A stretch of 64,000 nucleotides of DNA from Antedon mediterranea (GCF_964355755.1 NC_092672.1:26604437-26668436); one strand, 5' to 3'. Numbered from the stretch's first letter, positions 26,672 through 39,872 are shown. Numbers and translations are program-made. The notes: a model not told the origin generated them from the letters alone.

Positions 26672-27460
26672 CATCTGGAAACATACATTGTTGGGATACA
26701 AAGTGGAATTCAAACAGGGCTAAATAAACTTGAACAACTTAAGAAGGAAGATGAACTTCTCCGGCAGTACCAGAAAGATATTGACATGAATAAAGAATTT
26801 AAGTACAGAGTAGAAGAGGAAAAGGCTGTTTATGAAGAAATTCCAACAGGTACATACATCACTAACTGCATGACATGCAACAGGACATGCCATTACCCTT
26901 GTGGTATCCCAGACGATGATTCTAAAAGTCTATGTTCCGCAATGAGTGATAATAACTGTCAGGTATGCGCAAACCAATGTCACTGGAGCATGCATAAAAA
27001 TATGACATATCAAATTGTGATTGAAAGGCATACTGTCGAGAAAAACTCTGAAGATCTGAAGAAGCGTTACGAGGATGCAAAAGGGGCCAAAATGTCTGCT
27101 CAGCAAATCATGAACAACATTTCAGAGGAATTTGAGGATGTCCAGTTTAAAGTTTTGGAATTAACAGAGGATATTCGCAAGAGTTTGAATCGACTTCAGG
27201 AGATTGCTCTTCTTCCAAATCCATTGTCATCAGTTGAATATATTGATATCCTGATCCAAAACACAAAGGATGAAGCAAAACCTGGATGGCTAGAAACTGT
27301 CAAACAACTGAATAATTTGAGAGAAAATGCCAAACTTTTAAAGAATGTTAAGAAAAAAAATTATGATCCGTTTCAGCAGTACATATCTATTGAGCATACA
27401 CTACCAAGAAGAGAAAAACAGGGCAGAATGGGTAGATTAAAATCGTGGTTAGGAGTTTAA
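26672..27460 (+). CDS. 3' part of the stonustoxin-FN3-GTPase gene: coiled coil, Cys/His-rich motif, helical tail
   Basis: Removing the element and one TSD gives ...DERS|HLETYIVGIQSGIQTGLNKLEQL..., in frame with the 26786 ORF. Motif CMTCNRTCHYPC...C...CQVCANQCHWSMH. Stop TAA at 27458-27460. Confidence 0.9.
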   Translation, partial: HLETYIVGIQSGIQTGLNKLEQLKKEDELLRQYQKDIDMNKEFKYRVEEEKAVYEEIPTGTYITNCMTCNRTCHYPCGIPDDDSKSLCSAMSDNNCQVCANQCHWSMHKNMTYQIVIERHTVEKNSEDLKKRYEDAKGAKMSAQQIMNNISEEFEDVQFKVLELTEDIRKSLNRLQEIALLPNPLSSVEYIDILIQNTKDEAKPGWLETVKQLNNLRENAKLLKNVKKKNYDPFQQYISIEHTLPRREKQGRMGRLKSWLGV

Positions 27461-27611
27461 ATCCATGCTATGAATCTGGATACAGTACTGCTATCGTTTT
27501 CCAATGGTCGATTTTCCACCAACTGCTCATGATCAGAGGAGCATTATCTTATTCTTTTACTAGTAACTAATGTTTAGAAGTAATGTAATACTTTGGAATT
27601 ATGTACGTTAC

Positions 27612-28042
27612 GTATATTACCTCCTCCAAATTTATGTTTGGGATATTTGTGGGTCTATGTCCGGTCTGTGTGTTTGCCTGTTAGCAGGATAACGTCAGAA
27701 ATAAAAGACAATCTTTACCAAATTTACAGATATCTTCAACCACAGATAGAGATATGGTCACGGAAGACACCATAATGTTAGATGAAATCCGGACAATGGT
27801 CCCAATTATGAACTACTTTAATAGTTTACTAATTCTAGAACATTTACCAAATTAAAACCAAGGACATTTATACAGTTGCTACAAATGATCTCATTACATT
27901 TTGGAGGTAATCCGGACCGTACCAGGATCCCAATTATGGACCACCTTTAGGCTGTGGGATGATGGCCAAATTATGAAATTGTGTGGTTACGCGTTAGTTT
28001 TGGAGGTCAGCCTTGGAGGAGGTATGTGATCTCTGATTGTTG
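27612..28042 (+). mobile_element. DINE-1/HINE-like non-autonomous Helentron
   Basis: ATTACCTCCTCCAA start, a TGTC-like microsatellite plus GTTAGCAGGATAAC, and subterminal inverted TTGGAGGAGGT near the 3' end. Confidence 0.55.
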
Positions 28043-28877
28043 TTTTTATAATTACTATTATATACTACAAGTTAATCATAATTTGATAATATAATAATAA
28101 TAATATTATTACCATTATTATGTTCCTACTACTAATTGAAACAACATCTTTACATTGGTGACACACGTTCACACACATACAAATTCAAACAACAAACCAA
28201 ATGTTAAACCAACCGACTCGATCGTAGTCGTAGTCGCACATCACTGAGATACATAAATATAAAACAATTAAGTATTTACTAAATATTACTCATTAATTCT
28301 ATGCTAGATCTACCACAGTTTAAAATAATTTATTTAAGTTAAGTGTTTTGAGTATCTCTGAAACGGGAAAAGAGATATTTTACATCTGAAACATCCTAAT
28401 CTGCAATCAAATACTTACTACAGTATTTGTTATGTAATTCATGTTTGATAGAGCTTTAACCAATGCATTGTGTGATTGCTTTATGAATATTTTATTTAAA
28501 CTAATGTATACTATGTAATTGTGTACTTAGCTACGAAATAACTAGTTCTTTTGTTAGTCGTCGTCGTTTAATTGTAAAGGTTGAAAATGAAGCATACTGA
28601 AAGCTATTCTGGGATAGCGCTAGTTACATCCCGTTATGCGTGATTAAGTACGGTATCAATCAATCAATTTATTTGGAAATTGCACCTTTACATCGGTGGC
28701 ACACACAGGAAATGGTGCATCCATATCTATATATAAATTTACGTAAGGGCAAAATTCGGTAAATTGCGCGTTATTTCTAGAATTTTTACTCGATGGTATA
28801 TAAAGTTGGTTCGTACTTTCGGTACTGATTTTAACCACCTGATGTAACCCTGTTTACTAATTAAATTAAGTTAGATA

Positions 28878-30729
28878 ATTAGTTATTGACGATTAAAACG
28901 AATTTAGGTTCAACGATTTGCCCCAAATAGGGGTGTTTTCCGATCGTGATATACACTGTCTAATGGATGTCCATCTTGAAAAATACCCGCCACAAAAATG
29001 CGAGGAGGCTTCGCATTTTCCGATCTCCTCCTACGATAATTGTTTTTAGTCGCGTGGAAGCGACTCTATAGTTTACTATGTCGGTCGGTCGGTCGGTCTG
29101 GTATCACTATGCGTTTTATCGCTTTCTGACCTTATCTTGATATCAGTTTAATTTAGCTAAGTCAATTTTTCACAGTATATTCCCTTATGGCCAGGAATCG
29201 ATGTGGTTACGTTTTCACGGTGCGCAATAAAAAATTACGCGGTGTAGGCACGATTTAACGAAATCACATTTGTAATCATATCTTCACAACAATGAATCAC
29301 AATTAAATAAAATTTGGTACTCATACATTTTAGGGCATAAATCATCATATGGCAATACAATTACGTGCGTAGCGCATGTAACGCATGCGTACGCGCGCTT
29401 AACATTTTCAACATTTATTTTCGATGAAGAGTACGTTTCAGGCAATTTTAAGCGTTTACAAAAATGCCCTGAGTGCGCAGATTTTTGCGCGCGCACTGCG
29501 CGTTAAATGTTATTGCGCACTCTTTTTGCCCGATTTCTGTTTTCTTGACTTACTTTTCCACTCGAAATTATGTTATACGAGCACGTCAAAAGTGACAGGC
29601 TACGAACGTGTAAATTAAAAAAATATAAATGTTTTTAAACATTTCAACATTTTTAAACATGTTCAGTAATTTTGGTCAGTTGGTAGGTTGGTCGGTCGGT
29701 CGGTAAACACTAATGAGCACGCGACTGCAACCATCTATATGGCCTTGTTAAAAGCTGAAAACCGGTTGAACAGCTAGAGTACAGCATCATAATGTTGAAG
29801 ACAAGCCGATTTTCTTTAAAAAAATACTATTTTGATAGATGTAATATACGATTATACAAATGTATTGATGAATGGAACATCCCAATCTCTCAGTCTGCCA
29901 GAGTTTGGTTTAACACAAGTAGGTAAATTTATGAGCCCTTGGTTTAACACATACGGTAGAGGTAAATATATGGGCCCTTTGAGAATAAACTTGCAATACT
30001 TTGGCAATACTGTAAATACCTAATAACTATTTTTGGTCCTCATCATTTGAATCGAACATTTCTTACTGTGAATGTTCGTACTGTTAGATGTAATATAAAA
30101 ATATATACAAATAAACTTTATTACTGAAATTGTGGATAGGCTCTACTGTTAGATATATAAACACATTATTATATACAAATAAACTTTATACTGACAGTTC
30201 CTTCTCAACGTTTGTATTAATTAATAATTACCAATAAAATAAACGTCGTAGTGGTGTATCGTGTATCGTCATGTACTTTAATATTTCAATCGATTATGAC
30301 AGTGACAGTTTCAACAAAGTATTAAATCGCAAATGTTTTACTGTATTTAGAGGTATATTATTTATAGGCCTATAAAACATGAAAAAAATATTTCGTTACT
30401 GAGTGGATAAAGAATATATTTAAAAATTGTTCCCCTTTGTACCTATCCGCTTTCCCATCCCTCAACCCTAATGTTACATACAAAACACAAATTGGACTCA
30501 ATTTGGGATATGTTTCTCCTTCGGACGTAATTCTCAGGGTGCTAATTTTAGTTGACTACATACATCATCGTGTCTATTTATTCGTTTCTGTAAACGACAA
30601 TGTATTATAGTCCTGCGGTACGTACATTTGAAATCGCCAGTTTTGTTACGCTGAAATTACTGTGTATTCAAGAACCATCTGTGGGCACGACCTAGATGGT
30701 ACGCGAGCGAATCGAGCGTACCATCTAGT
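28878..30729 (+). repeat. Interspersed repeat (Helitron/Helentron-like 3' hairpin); inverted partner of 34050-35079
   Basis: Collinear reverse-complement similarity to 34050-35079. Ends in a hairpin plus CTAGT. Confidence 0.65.
29045..29749 (+). mobile_element. DINE-1/HINE-like element inserted in a T-run
   Basis: Subterminal IRs AGTCGCGTG and CACGCGACT, (GTCG)n microsatellites, and GGCCTTGTT end. It is absent from the paralogous copy at ~34935. Its internal part recurs inverted at 48488-49003. Confidence 0.7.
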
Positions 30730-31054
30730 TGATCACAATTAACATAAAATGACGGATACGGATACTTAAGCTAATTTAAATTAAAATTAGTACTATATAC
30801 TGTGGCAATATTTGTCTGACATGAGTTGATACATTTTAGTTAAATATATTTATATATATATATACATAAAGAGGAAGTAGTTACAAAAATAATTGTTGAT
30901 GAGGATATTAAATTATCATGATAGTTAATATTGAAATGGTTTCCTATACAGTATAGTAATAGCAATTATACATAGTGATACAAAATAATATATAAAAATA
31001 CATTCACATAAAATCATAAGTTAATACGAAAAAAATCTTAACTATACTATACTT

Positions 31055-32264
31055 TTGTCTTGAAAGAATTTCATTTAGCTTCGATTTTGTATAGATGACA
31101 AATTTCGTTTTTGTAAAAGCACAAGTTAACGGAGTACTTACTCGAACGTTTCGATCTCTATCAGAGATCCTTCTCAACTGACTGCGGAGTGTTATGCAGC
31201 TTGGTCATTCTTGACGTCATCTGTTGATGACGTCGTACGCCTCCGGTTGTAGGTTGGAGGTTGTGCGGGGCTCGGCCAGGTGATGTGTCTATCAAATCAT
31301 TGTACAAATGCGAGAGTTCGTGGGCTCCAGTGTCCCGGTTCATGGTCTTCTCCTTATTTCTCCTTATATGTAATGATTCTCTAATCTGTCTGTCTTTGCG
31401 TTTAGGCTCTTTGGTTAAGATGGTAGCCTCCCAGTTTGGTACATGATTGTGTTTTATGACATGTTCTGTAATGGCAGATTTGTGTATGATCGAAGATGTG
31501 GATGTTCTGGAGTCATTACTCACCCCGTGTTTGTTGTAACATCTTTTTTGTGATCATTAATTAGTGTTTGTAATGCCCTCCCTGTTTCCCCAATGTAAAC
31601 TTGTGGACAGTTGCGGCAGGTGACTTCGTAGATTACTCCACATGTATCCATCTTCTCGATTTTATCTTTTGGGTGGACGAGGCTATTCTTGATTTTATTT
31701 TGGGGTAGGAAATAGGTTCCGACATTGTGATAGGAGAGAGTGCGTCGTATTCTTTCTGCCATTCCTTTTACGTAGGGGATTCCTATGCTACCTCGCATCT
31801 TGATCTTTTCCTTCTGTGGTTCGTGTCCTTTGTTCTTTTTTCTTTTTCTTTTTCGGTTTCTTCGATCATACACAAATCTGCCATTACAGAACATGTCATA
31901 AAACACAATCATGTACCAAACTGGGAGGCTACCATCTTAACCAAAGAGCCTAAACGCAAAGACAGACAGATTAGAGAATCATTACATATAAGGAGAAATA
32001 AGGAGAAGACCATGAACCGGGACACTGGAGCCCACGAACTCTCGCATTTGTACAATGATTTGATAGACACATCACCTGGCCGAGCCCCGCACAACCTCCA
32101 ACCTACAACCGGAGGCGTACGACGTCATCAACAGATGACGTCAAGAATGACCAAGCTGCATTAACACTCCGCAGTCAGTTGAGAAGGATCTCTGATAGAG
32201 ATCGAAACGTTCGAGTAAGTACTCCGTTAACTTGTGCTTTTACAAAAACGAAATTTGTCATCTA
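31055..32264 (-). mobile_element. Penelope-like element (GIY-YIG endonuclease), 5'-truncated, with inverted pseudo-LTR
   Basis: Minus strand: IPYVKGMAERIRR..GVIYEVTCRNCPQVYIGETGRAL..SAITEH..RQIRES..MNRDTG. 31090-31495 is the reverse complement of 31860-32266. TATACTATACTT flanks it at 31043-31054 and 32265-32276. Confidence 0.9.
32165..32225 (+). ncRNA. Putative minimal hammerhead-ribozyme variant in the Penelope pLTR (mirror copy ~31130-31190, minus strand)
   Basis: TTGAGAAG-GATCTC-TGATA-GAGATC-GAAACGTTC gives a core-like box, stem II, GAAA and palindromic AACGTT. The core deviates from CUGANGA and stem I is weak. Confidence 0.4.
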
Positions 32265-32599
32265 TATACTATACTTAACTAAAAAAAAACAAAAAAACGT
32301 TATAAAGTAAATAATTATATTTAATGTAAGGTATAGCCTGTTAATCATTACTGTATTTATAGTTATACATTAGTAGTACCAGACTACTACAGTTTAGTAA
32401 TAACAATAATACATGATACAAAATAATATATATAAAAATACATTCACATAGCGTCATAAATTAATATGAACAAAAAAAAAAAAAAAAAAAATCTTAACTA
32501 TACTATACTTAACTAAAAAAATTCTTTATTTCGTTACAAAGTAGATATATTTAATGTAAGGTATATCATGTTAATCATTACTCTATTTACAGTTATATA

Positions 32600-33590
32600 T
32601 TAGTAGTACCAGACTGGTATTTAAATCTTTAACATTTTGGTACGTGAAGCCCATGCTTGTTTTATATAGCTTTTGCAAAACATGTCAAATATTTCATTTA
32701 CTTTATTAACAATTACTGGTTGCGTCCCAGTAGGAAGGCTAGTGTCACTTCCTAGGGTTAGTTTTAGTTTTAATACTGAGTTACCTAGTAGAAAGTACAA
32801 CCAGAATGTATAGAGATTACTATTATATAGGTTACGTTCAAGTTTACAATATTCCGTTGAGCGTAGATCATCAAATTATTTGCATTTGAACATAAAATGT
32901 ATAATGTCTTCTTTATCATTTTTACATATAGGAAATGTACCATCATTATCTTCTTCCCATATAGATTTCTTAAGGTTAAGTGCAAGTGTATTTGATCTTG
33001 CCTTAAATTTAAGACTTGCCCCTAAGAAATCTAATTTATCTAAAAGATACGGTTCTAGGCCTATATATGGTGTGGATTTAAGTGTGACATAATTCATCAA
33101 TGAAGTTTTCTTTCTGGCTTGGTCAAAAATTTGGATACCATCAATACTTTTAATTATATTTTTTTGAAATGATTACCCATTGATTGTTAGTATCTGTCGT
33201 TAATTTAAACCTGTGGCTCATTCCACACGAGGCTAGAGTGTTTTGCATATGGTTGTACCATTTCCACTTAAATGTAGACGTATGACCAATGAATAGCATT
33301 ACACTAAAAGCTACTTTGGGCCATCGACTCATATCCATCTTTACTAAACGATTAAAGACATCAATTCGTTGCATGTCTTGAATAAGACTTCCAACCTAGA
33401 TCACCGTACAAAGCTTCCTTACACGTTGTACGTGGTGCTTTGAGTATCGCCTTTGCCATTTGGGTTTTCAATTTTTCAAGATTTTGAATATCACTTATAC
33501 CACCACAGACATATGTAGAGCACACATAGTTAATTGAAGGAAGACCCAGAGTCTTCCACAACAAATCTCCATAAAACACTAATGATTGAC
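32600..33590 (-). mobile_element. Degraded 3' fragment of a non-LTR retrotransposon (post-RT region and zinc finger)
   Basis: Frameshifted pieces: EALYGDLGWKS, FNRLVKMDMSRWPK, LEPYL, FKARSNTL and PICKNDKEDIIHFMFKC. Confidence 0.7.
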
Positions 33591-34049
33591 GTAATGCATT
33601 AACGGGCCTAAATAGATAAAATTCCTATGATGTAAATACGAGTAGCAGTAAGTAAACTAATAATAAGATGGATAAAGTACAACTAGTTGGTATTTTGTAA
33701 TTATAAGAGGCATGATATTTTATTTTTACTTTTTGTTCATATTATCCTTTTGAGCAAAAACTCACGTAGTAAGCTTAAAGATGTATGGTCCCCCTGAAAA
33801 CTTGTTATTAGACTTAAGTGAAAGATTGATCAATTTCGATACAAAAATATACCTTGGAGAGTGTTGCTTCAGATTTGCAAATGAACTTGTAAGACACTTA
33901 TTTGGATTACTAAAGAAGTTAACGTACTGTAGTGAGGTTATGTATATTGAAACCCCAAATTGTTGTTTTTAAACGCGGACGCTGTCTTAAAAAGTCTGAA
34001 ACATGGAAGGGATTTGTCGATATGTTCAAATACTTGGGTAGTAGTGGTA

Positions 34050-35079
34050 ATTAGACCTCGCTTCACTCGCGTATCGTCTAGGCAGTGCCCACAGATGGTT
34101 CTCGAATGCACAGTAATTTCAGCGTAAAACACTGGCGATTTCAAATGTACGTACCACAGTACTATAATACATTGTCGTTTACAGAAACGAATAAATGATT
34201 TATGTAGTCTAAAATTAACACCCTGGAATTATTTCCGAAATAGAAACGTGTAACAAAATGACTCCAAATGTTTGATTTGAACTCATTTAAACAAACCCAA
34301 ATTGTGTTTTGTATGTAACAAAGGGTTGAAGGATGGGTACAAAGAGGAACAATTTTCAAATATATTCTTTATCCACTCAGTAACGAAATATTTGTTCATG
34401 TTTTATAGTCCTATAAATATTATACCACAAAATACAGTAGAACATTTGCGATTTAATACTTTGTTAAAACCGGGGTTAAAACTCAGTCATAGTCAATTGA
34501 AATATAAAGTAACGATACACCGCTACGACGTTTATATTTTTGTAATTATCAATTAATACACACGTTGAGAAGCAACTGGCAGTAATAAAGTTTATTTGTA
34601 TGTTGTGTGTTTATGTCTAACAGTACCCACACTCGCAATAAGAAATTTGCGATTCAAATGGCGACCAAACATGTCTTTTCAGTATTGTCAAAGTATTGCA
34701 ATGCTATATCTAAAGGTTTTAGGATTATCCCCAAGGACCCATACATTTACCTACTTGTGTTAAACCAAATAATTATACTGAGACTGAGAGATTGGAATGT
34801 TCCATTCATCGCAAATCAATATATTTGTATAAACGTATATTAAATCTATCAAAATAGTATTGTTTTAAAGAAAATCGGCCTGTCTTCAACATTATGATGA
34901 TGATGATATAAGCTGTTCAACCAGTTTCCAGCTAATAAAAACAATTATCGTAAAAGGAAGCATCCTCGTATTAATGTGTGCGGGTATTTTTCAAGACATC
35001 CATTAGATAGTGTATACCACAATCGGAAAACACACCTCAAATCGTTGAAGCTAAATTCGTTTTAATTGTCAATAATTAT
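34050..35079 (-). repeat. Inverted, diverged copy of 28878-30729 (without the HINE insertion)
   Basis: For example ATATATTCTTTATCCACTCAGTAACGAAATA (~34360) against its reverse complement at ~30390. Confidence 0.65.
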
Positions 35080-35829
35080 TACTAGGTAATCCGTGCCCCA
35101 CACGGTATTTTCTGCCTTAATATGTGGTTATATACATGTATAATAAAAGCGCACTCTGATAAAAGTACTTTGACAAAATATCAAAATAAAAACAAATTGT
35201 ATCAACAATAAAATCCGGAGCTATTTTATGGCCATTGATTTTGTTATACAATATCCCTTCACTTTAAAATATCTGTAAGCTAAAAAATGAAAGCAATACT
35301 CTGGATTTATTTTAAACTTTATTTTTACTGTTCAGACTTTACAAAAATAAAAAACGCTAAACAACAACTGTGCTATGTGAATTAGTTAGATGATGCGCTC
35401 AAACACTAACGAAAGTATAAAATACCAAACTATATTATTGTTGGTGTTTTTCGTGGTATATTCATTATTTGATACATGCAATAAAAAAGTAGACATAAAT
35501 CGAATGAAAAACACATTGCTGCAGAAATACAATTGTTAAGTTGTTTTCATGTTCAACAATGTATCAAACCTTTGGAATCGTTTTGCTTGTGTGATTTTTT
35601 TAATTTCAATTGTTTTAATATTTTGCTTTTTTTTTTAGAGAGATTTGTTACCTTTTCGCTACTTTTGTAGTGTGGTCTAGCAGTAACCCTTGCTCCGCAC
35701 AGTCTTTTCTGCCTAAATCATAATTCGCATGGGATGATTAAGTATTAAAAAAGCGCAGTACTGGATATTGAAATTTGCTGTGTGAATATGTGACGTCTGT
35801 TAATCAGTCGGCTAACACTATAACACGGA

Positions 35830-36125
35830 ATCACACAATTAAAGAAGGAATTACACAATTAAAGAAGGAATCACACAATTAAAGAAGAAATCGCACAATT
35901 AAAGAAGAAATCGCATATAAACAAAAGAAAGCATGACAATATAAAACGAAATGCACAAATAAAGAAGAAACGCGCAATTAAAGAAGAGCTAAGCACAATT
36001 AAAGAAGTCCGCAACAAATTCGAAAGCTCCACGCACAATTAAAGAAGTCCGCAACAAATTCGAAAGCTCCTCGCACAATTAAAGAAGTCCGCAACAAATT
36101 CGAAAGTACCTCGCACAAATAAAGT
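35830..36125. repeat. Minisatellite with 20-bp then 40-bp units (CACAATTAAAGAAG)
   Basis: Direct tandem units visible. Confidence 0.75.
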
Positions 36126-36174
36126 ACAGTAGTCCGTATGGAACGCCATCGCTGCATCCGGCAGCGAACTTAAA

Positions 36175-37025
36175 TTCTATTCGGCTCTTTTACCATTACG
36201 TTCGGCTCTTTTAGCATTCGGCGCATTTCTATTCGGCCCATTTACCATATTACGTTCGGCTCTTTCAGCATTCGGTGCAGTTCTATTTGGCCCATTTACC
36301 ATTACGTTCGGTTCTTTCAGCATTCGGCTCTTTATTTTTCGACTCATTTACCATTACGTTCGGCTCTTTTTAATTCGGCCCTTTTTTATTCGGCTCTTTC
36401 TGCATTACGTTCGGCTCTTTTTGATTTGGCCCTTTTTTATACGGCGGAATTAAATTCTAACCTTTTACATGGGGTCAAATGGAAGAAAATCAACGGCTGG
36501 AAAAGAGTCTATGAAAAGTTTACAAAACATATAGATGCAGCATGTAGAGTGTTTGGTTGGTTGAATTAAATGAATTTGAAGGCTATTTCAATATGACTTA
36601 TCAGTTTATTGACATGATTAATGTGTTAGAGAACTTTCAATTGTCCCACCTTATTGACCATTTTAAGAGAGAAAAGGTTTGATTTATGGCCTAGGCTAGC
36701 TAGGCCTAGCCTAGTGTCAGCCTAACATTTAATAATAATAATTTACCATGATGATCAAATGTTTGTAAACTTTTGACTCATTTCCAGTCGTTGATTTTCT
36801 TCCATTTGACCCCATGTCAAATGATTGCGCCATATAAAAAATGCCGATTTACAAAGAGCCCAATGTAATGCAGAAAGAGCCGAATAAAAAAGGGCCGAAT
36901 CAAAAAGAGCCGAACGTAATGGTAAATGGGCCGAATAAAAAAGAGCCGAATGCTGAAAGAGCCGAACCTAATGGTAAATGAGGCGAATAAAAAAGAGACG
37001 AATGCTGAAAGAGCCGAACGTAATA
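36175..37025. mobile_element. Foldback MITE with TTCGGCTCTT subrepeats
   Basis: TTCGGCTCTT repeats on the left and AAGAGCCGAA on the right. Inner IR ACATGGGGTCAAATGGAAGAAAATCAAC (36467) pairs with GTTGATTTTCTTCCATTTGACCCCATGT (~36790-36817). Confidence 0.7.
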
Positions 37026-38164
37026 TTGCTGTATTGGATATTATGTGCACCTTGTATATACAGAATAAAAACAGAAAAATCATTTCATTTACAATATTGT
37101 TTTTTGTTCCTGTAACAATTTTAAACCAATTAATAATATCTTCAACTGGAAAGCAATTAGCCAGCACACCTTTTCATTTGTACCATGTCCATTGAATGGC
37201 ATTGCATTCAAACAGCATGTGCTGTTCACTTTCTATCTAATTTATACAATTGTCACATAAATTGTTTTCTGTTAAATTCCATAGTTTTAATCTTTTTATA
37301 CACGGTGATATTCGATGTAGGAGTTTGAAGTTAAATTGAGCAACTTTAACTATATGTTTCATCTTGTATACCTTATAATACCATACTTTATTCCAATCTA
37401 TTTCTACGTTATTTAGCTCACATTCCCATTTTCTTTGTGAACCTGTTTTACTGGAACGTTTGTTTATAAAATATTTTTAGTAGATAGATCCTTTAATGGT
37501 CTTATGCAACAATGAATCATTATTACCTACATCTTGATTATTTGGATTGCCATTTCTAATATAATTTCTTTCCACACATTTGGTATGCCATTCATAAGCT
37601 GTAAATATTCAATTAAACCATTATGATTTTTATACAAATTTGGAATTCTTTCACCTGTAGTCATTTCATTCATTTATAAATATATCACCAATTGTTTTAT
37701 AATCAAAATATAACCATGATTTGAAGTACAATAATGTATTGTTAGATATAAATGTTGATTTTTTTTATTTCTAATTAAGTTGTTGGTTTTGGATACACAA
37801 TATTATTAAATTTTACAACTAAAATTGCACTGGAAATTGGTCTATAATAGTTAACAGATTTGGTATAACTTTTGCGAAATGAGCAAACACCATTCATTCA
37901 TATTTTCAAGAAGGGATTGCGTAATAGGTAAAGAGTTCCTGTGGAACATTTCACCAAGGGTGGGTCGATTTATTTCAATCTTATCTCAATCGGGCCGGCA
38001 TTAAGGAGAGCAAGAAATAATACCGGCACAAATACCACATTTGGTAAGAGAACTGGATGTCGGCAAAAATGGTTTTAAGTTTAATACTAGGTCACTGAGA
38101 AAGCTGCAGATGATAGGAATTAGAGACCCCATCCGATCCGAGATTAATTAGAGTAATATTTTTA

Positions 38165-38745
38165 ACAATATAATAATATATCAACACGATCGAATGCCAT
38201 CATAAAATCAATAGCACAGAGATGATATCATAATTACCTTTATCCACATCATAAATAACGATATCGATTTAGGAATTATTATACTTCATTTATAAAAAAA
38301 AATACACATTATTTTTTAAATTTTAATAAATAAATATTTTTGTAACATATGCTTAAATTTTTTTTCAAACAACTTTTAAAAACTGCCCTAACTATATGGA
38401 GTAGATATCAAAAAGAAATTTTAAATTTGTGTTACAATTAGAGCTTGTATATGTAAATGAAAGCTATAAAAAACTATTGTAAACAAAATGCCTTGATGGC
38501 CTGACAGAATACTGGATCTAATATCGGTGTCAATGACATCATCGTTTTTATACATTACACTCGATCAGTGTTCCGCAAACATTTTATTTCGCGGTCTAAA
38601 ATACGGTTCTCAGTTCTCAATATTATAATGATCAACACGATCGAACGCCATCATAAAATCAAAAGCACAGAGATAATATCATAATTACCTTTATCCACAT
38701 CCTAAATAATGATATCGATTTGGAGATTATTATACTTCATTTAGA
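38165..38745. repeat. ~125-bp direct duplication
   Basis: TCAACACGATCGAA.GCCATCATAAAATCAA...ATTATTATACTTCATTTA at ~38180 and ~38632. Confidence 0.65.
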
Positions 38746-39872
38746 CAAAATTCACACACTCAACTTGTTTTAAACTCAACCATTTTTACCAATATTTCAC
38801 ACGAAAGTGCATATAAAAATATTGTTATCTTAATGGCGAAAAGGAGACATTTCGTTATTGTAAATTTAAAGACAAGAATGGCATGTCCCTTAATAGGCGT
38901 GTCCTAAAGGAAGAGTTTACGTAATATTAATTTGTTTTTTATTTGATGTCCATTCATCAAATACAAATATATCTGACAGGATGAGAGCAAGAGGATAACA
39001 ATAATATAAGCTCTTGAGCTTGTATCCATAAGAGTCCCTAACATATAAAGAAAAAATTTGCGTATTTTTGGCATGATTTGCGTATATTGGCAAAGCATAG
39101 CGCCCTCAATTTGTGTATTTTGGCAAAATTGATTCTTGCGTATTTTGGCAGGGTACTCACCAACCCTAATGTTATTATGAGAGTATGTTCCCGTACGTGT
39201 TTGATCCAAGATGACCGGTGGGTAATAATTTATGCATCGCATTGAGAGCTTGCTTATTGCGTTATATAAGAATAAACTATTATAATATAGTGTGTTTATG
39301 CTGATTTTGGTTTTTGGTTTTTGTTTGCGGAAGTACTTGACTTGGTAAAAACTACAAAATGGCATACTCAAAGTCCGATTTATTAGCCAGGTACGTCCCA
39401 AGAAGACTACTCATTCAGAAGCTAAAGCAAAGCAGCAGTAATAGTTCTAGAGGCCGACGTTGTTAGTAGGCCTACTTTTTGAACTAGGACGGGTCATGCT
39501 AAAATTACAAACCCCCAAAGCACGTCTGGGAGAAGAGAGTTTGTCAACATAGGCCAGTATTATAATAATTCACTGCCAAATAATAATTAAAACATTATTT
39601 CTGGTATTTACAATAAGTCCCATTGACTGTCAATCTAGACCAGATCAAAACAGTCCATACAGTAATAGAAAGTTTTTGTTTGTAATAGAATACAATTTGT
39701 TCACACTTGAAGCATTTAGTAGGCTTGATGAAGTGACCCCCAGACTTGACCTTAGCAATAAAATAAACTAAAGTGACAGCAGAAATTGAGTCTGTTTAGT
39801 ATAATAAAGTAATATTATTTAGACATCATTTGTATTTAAATTATTTAATAAGCACATCATATTTTACAGATT

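Noticed and set aside
26786-27460. Independent 224-aa gene
   Set aside because: It is in frame with the 15804 ORF once the LTR element and one TSD are removed.
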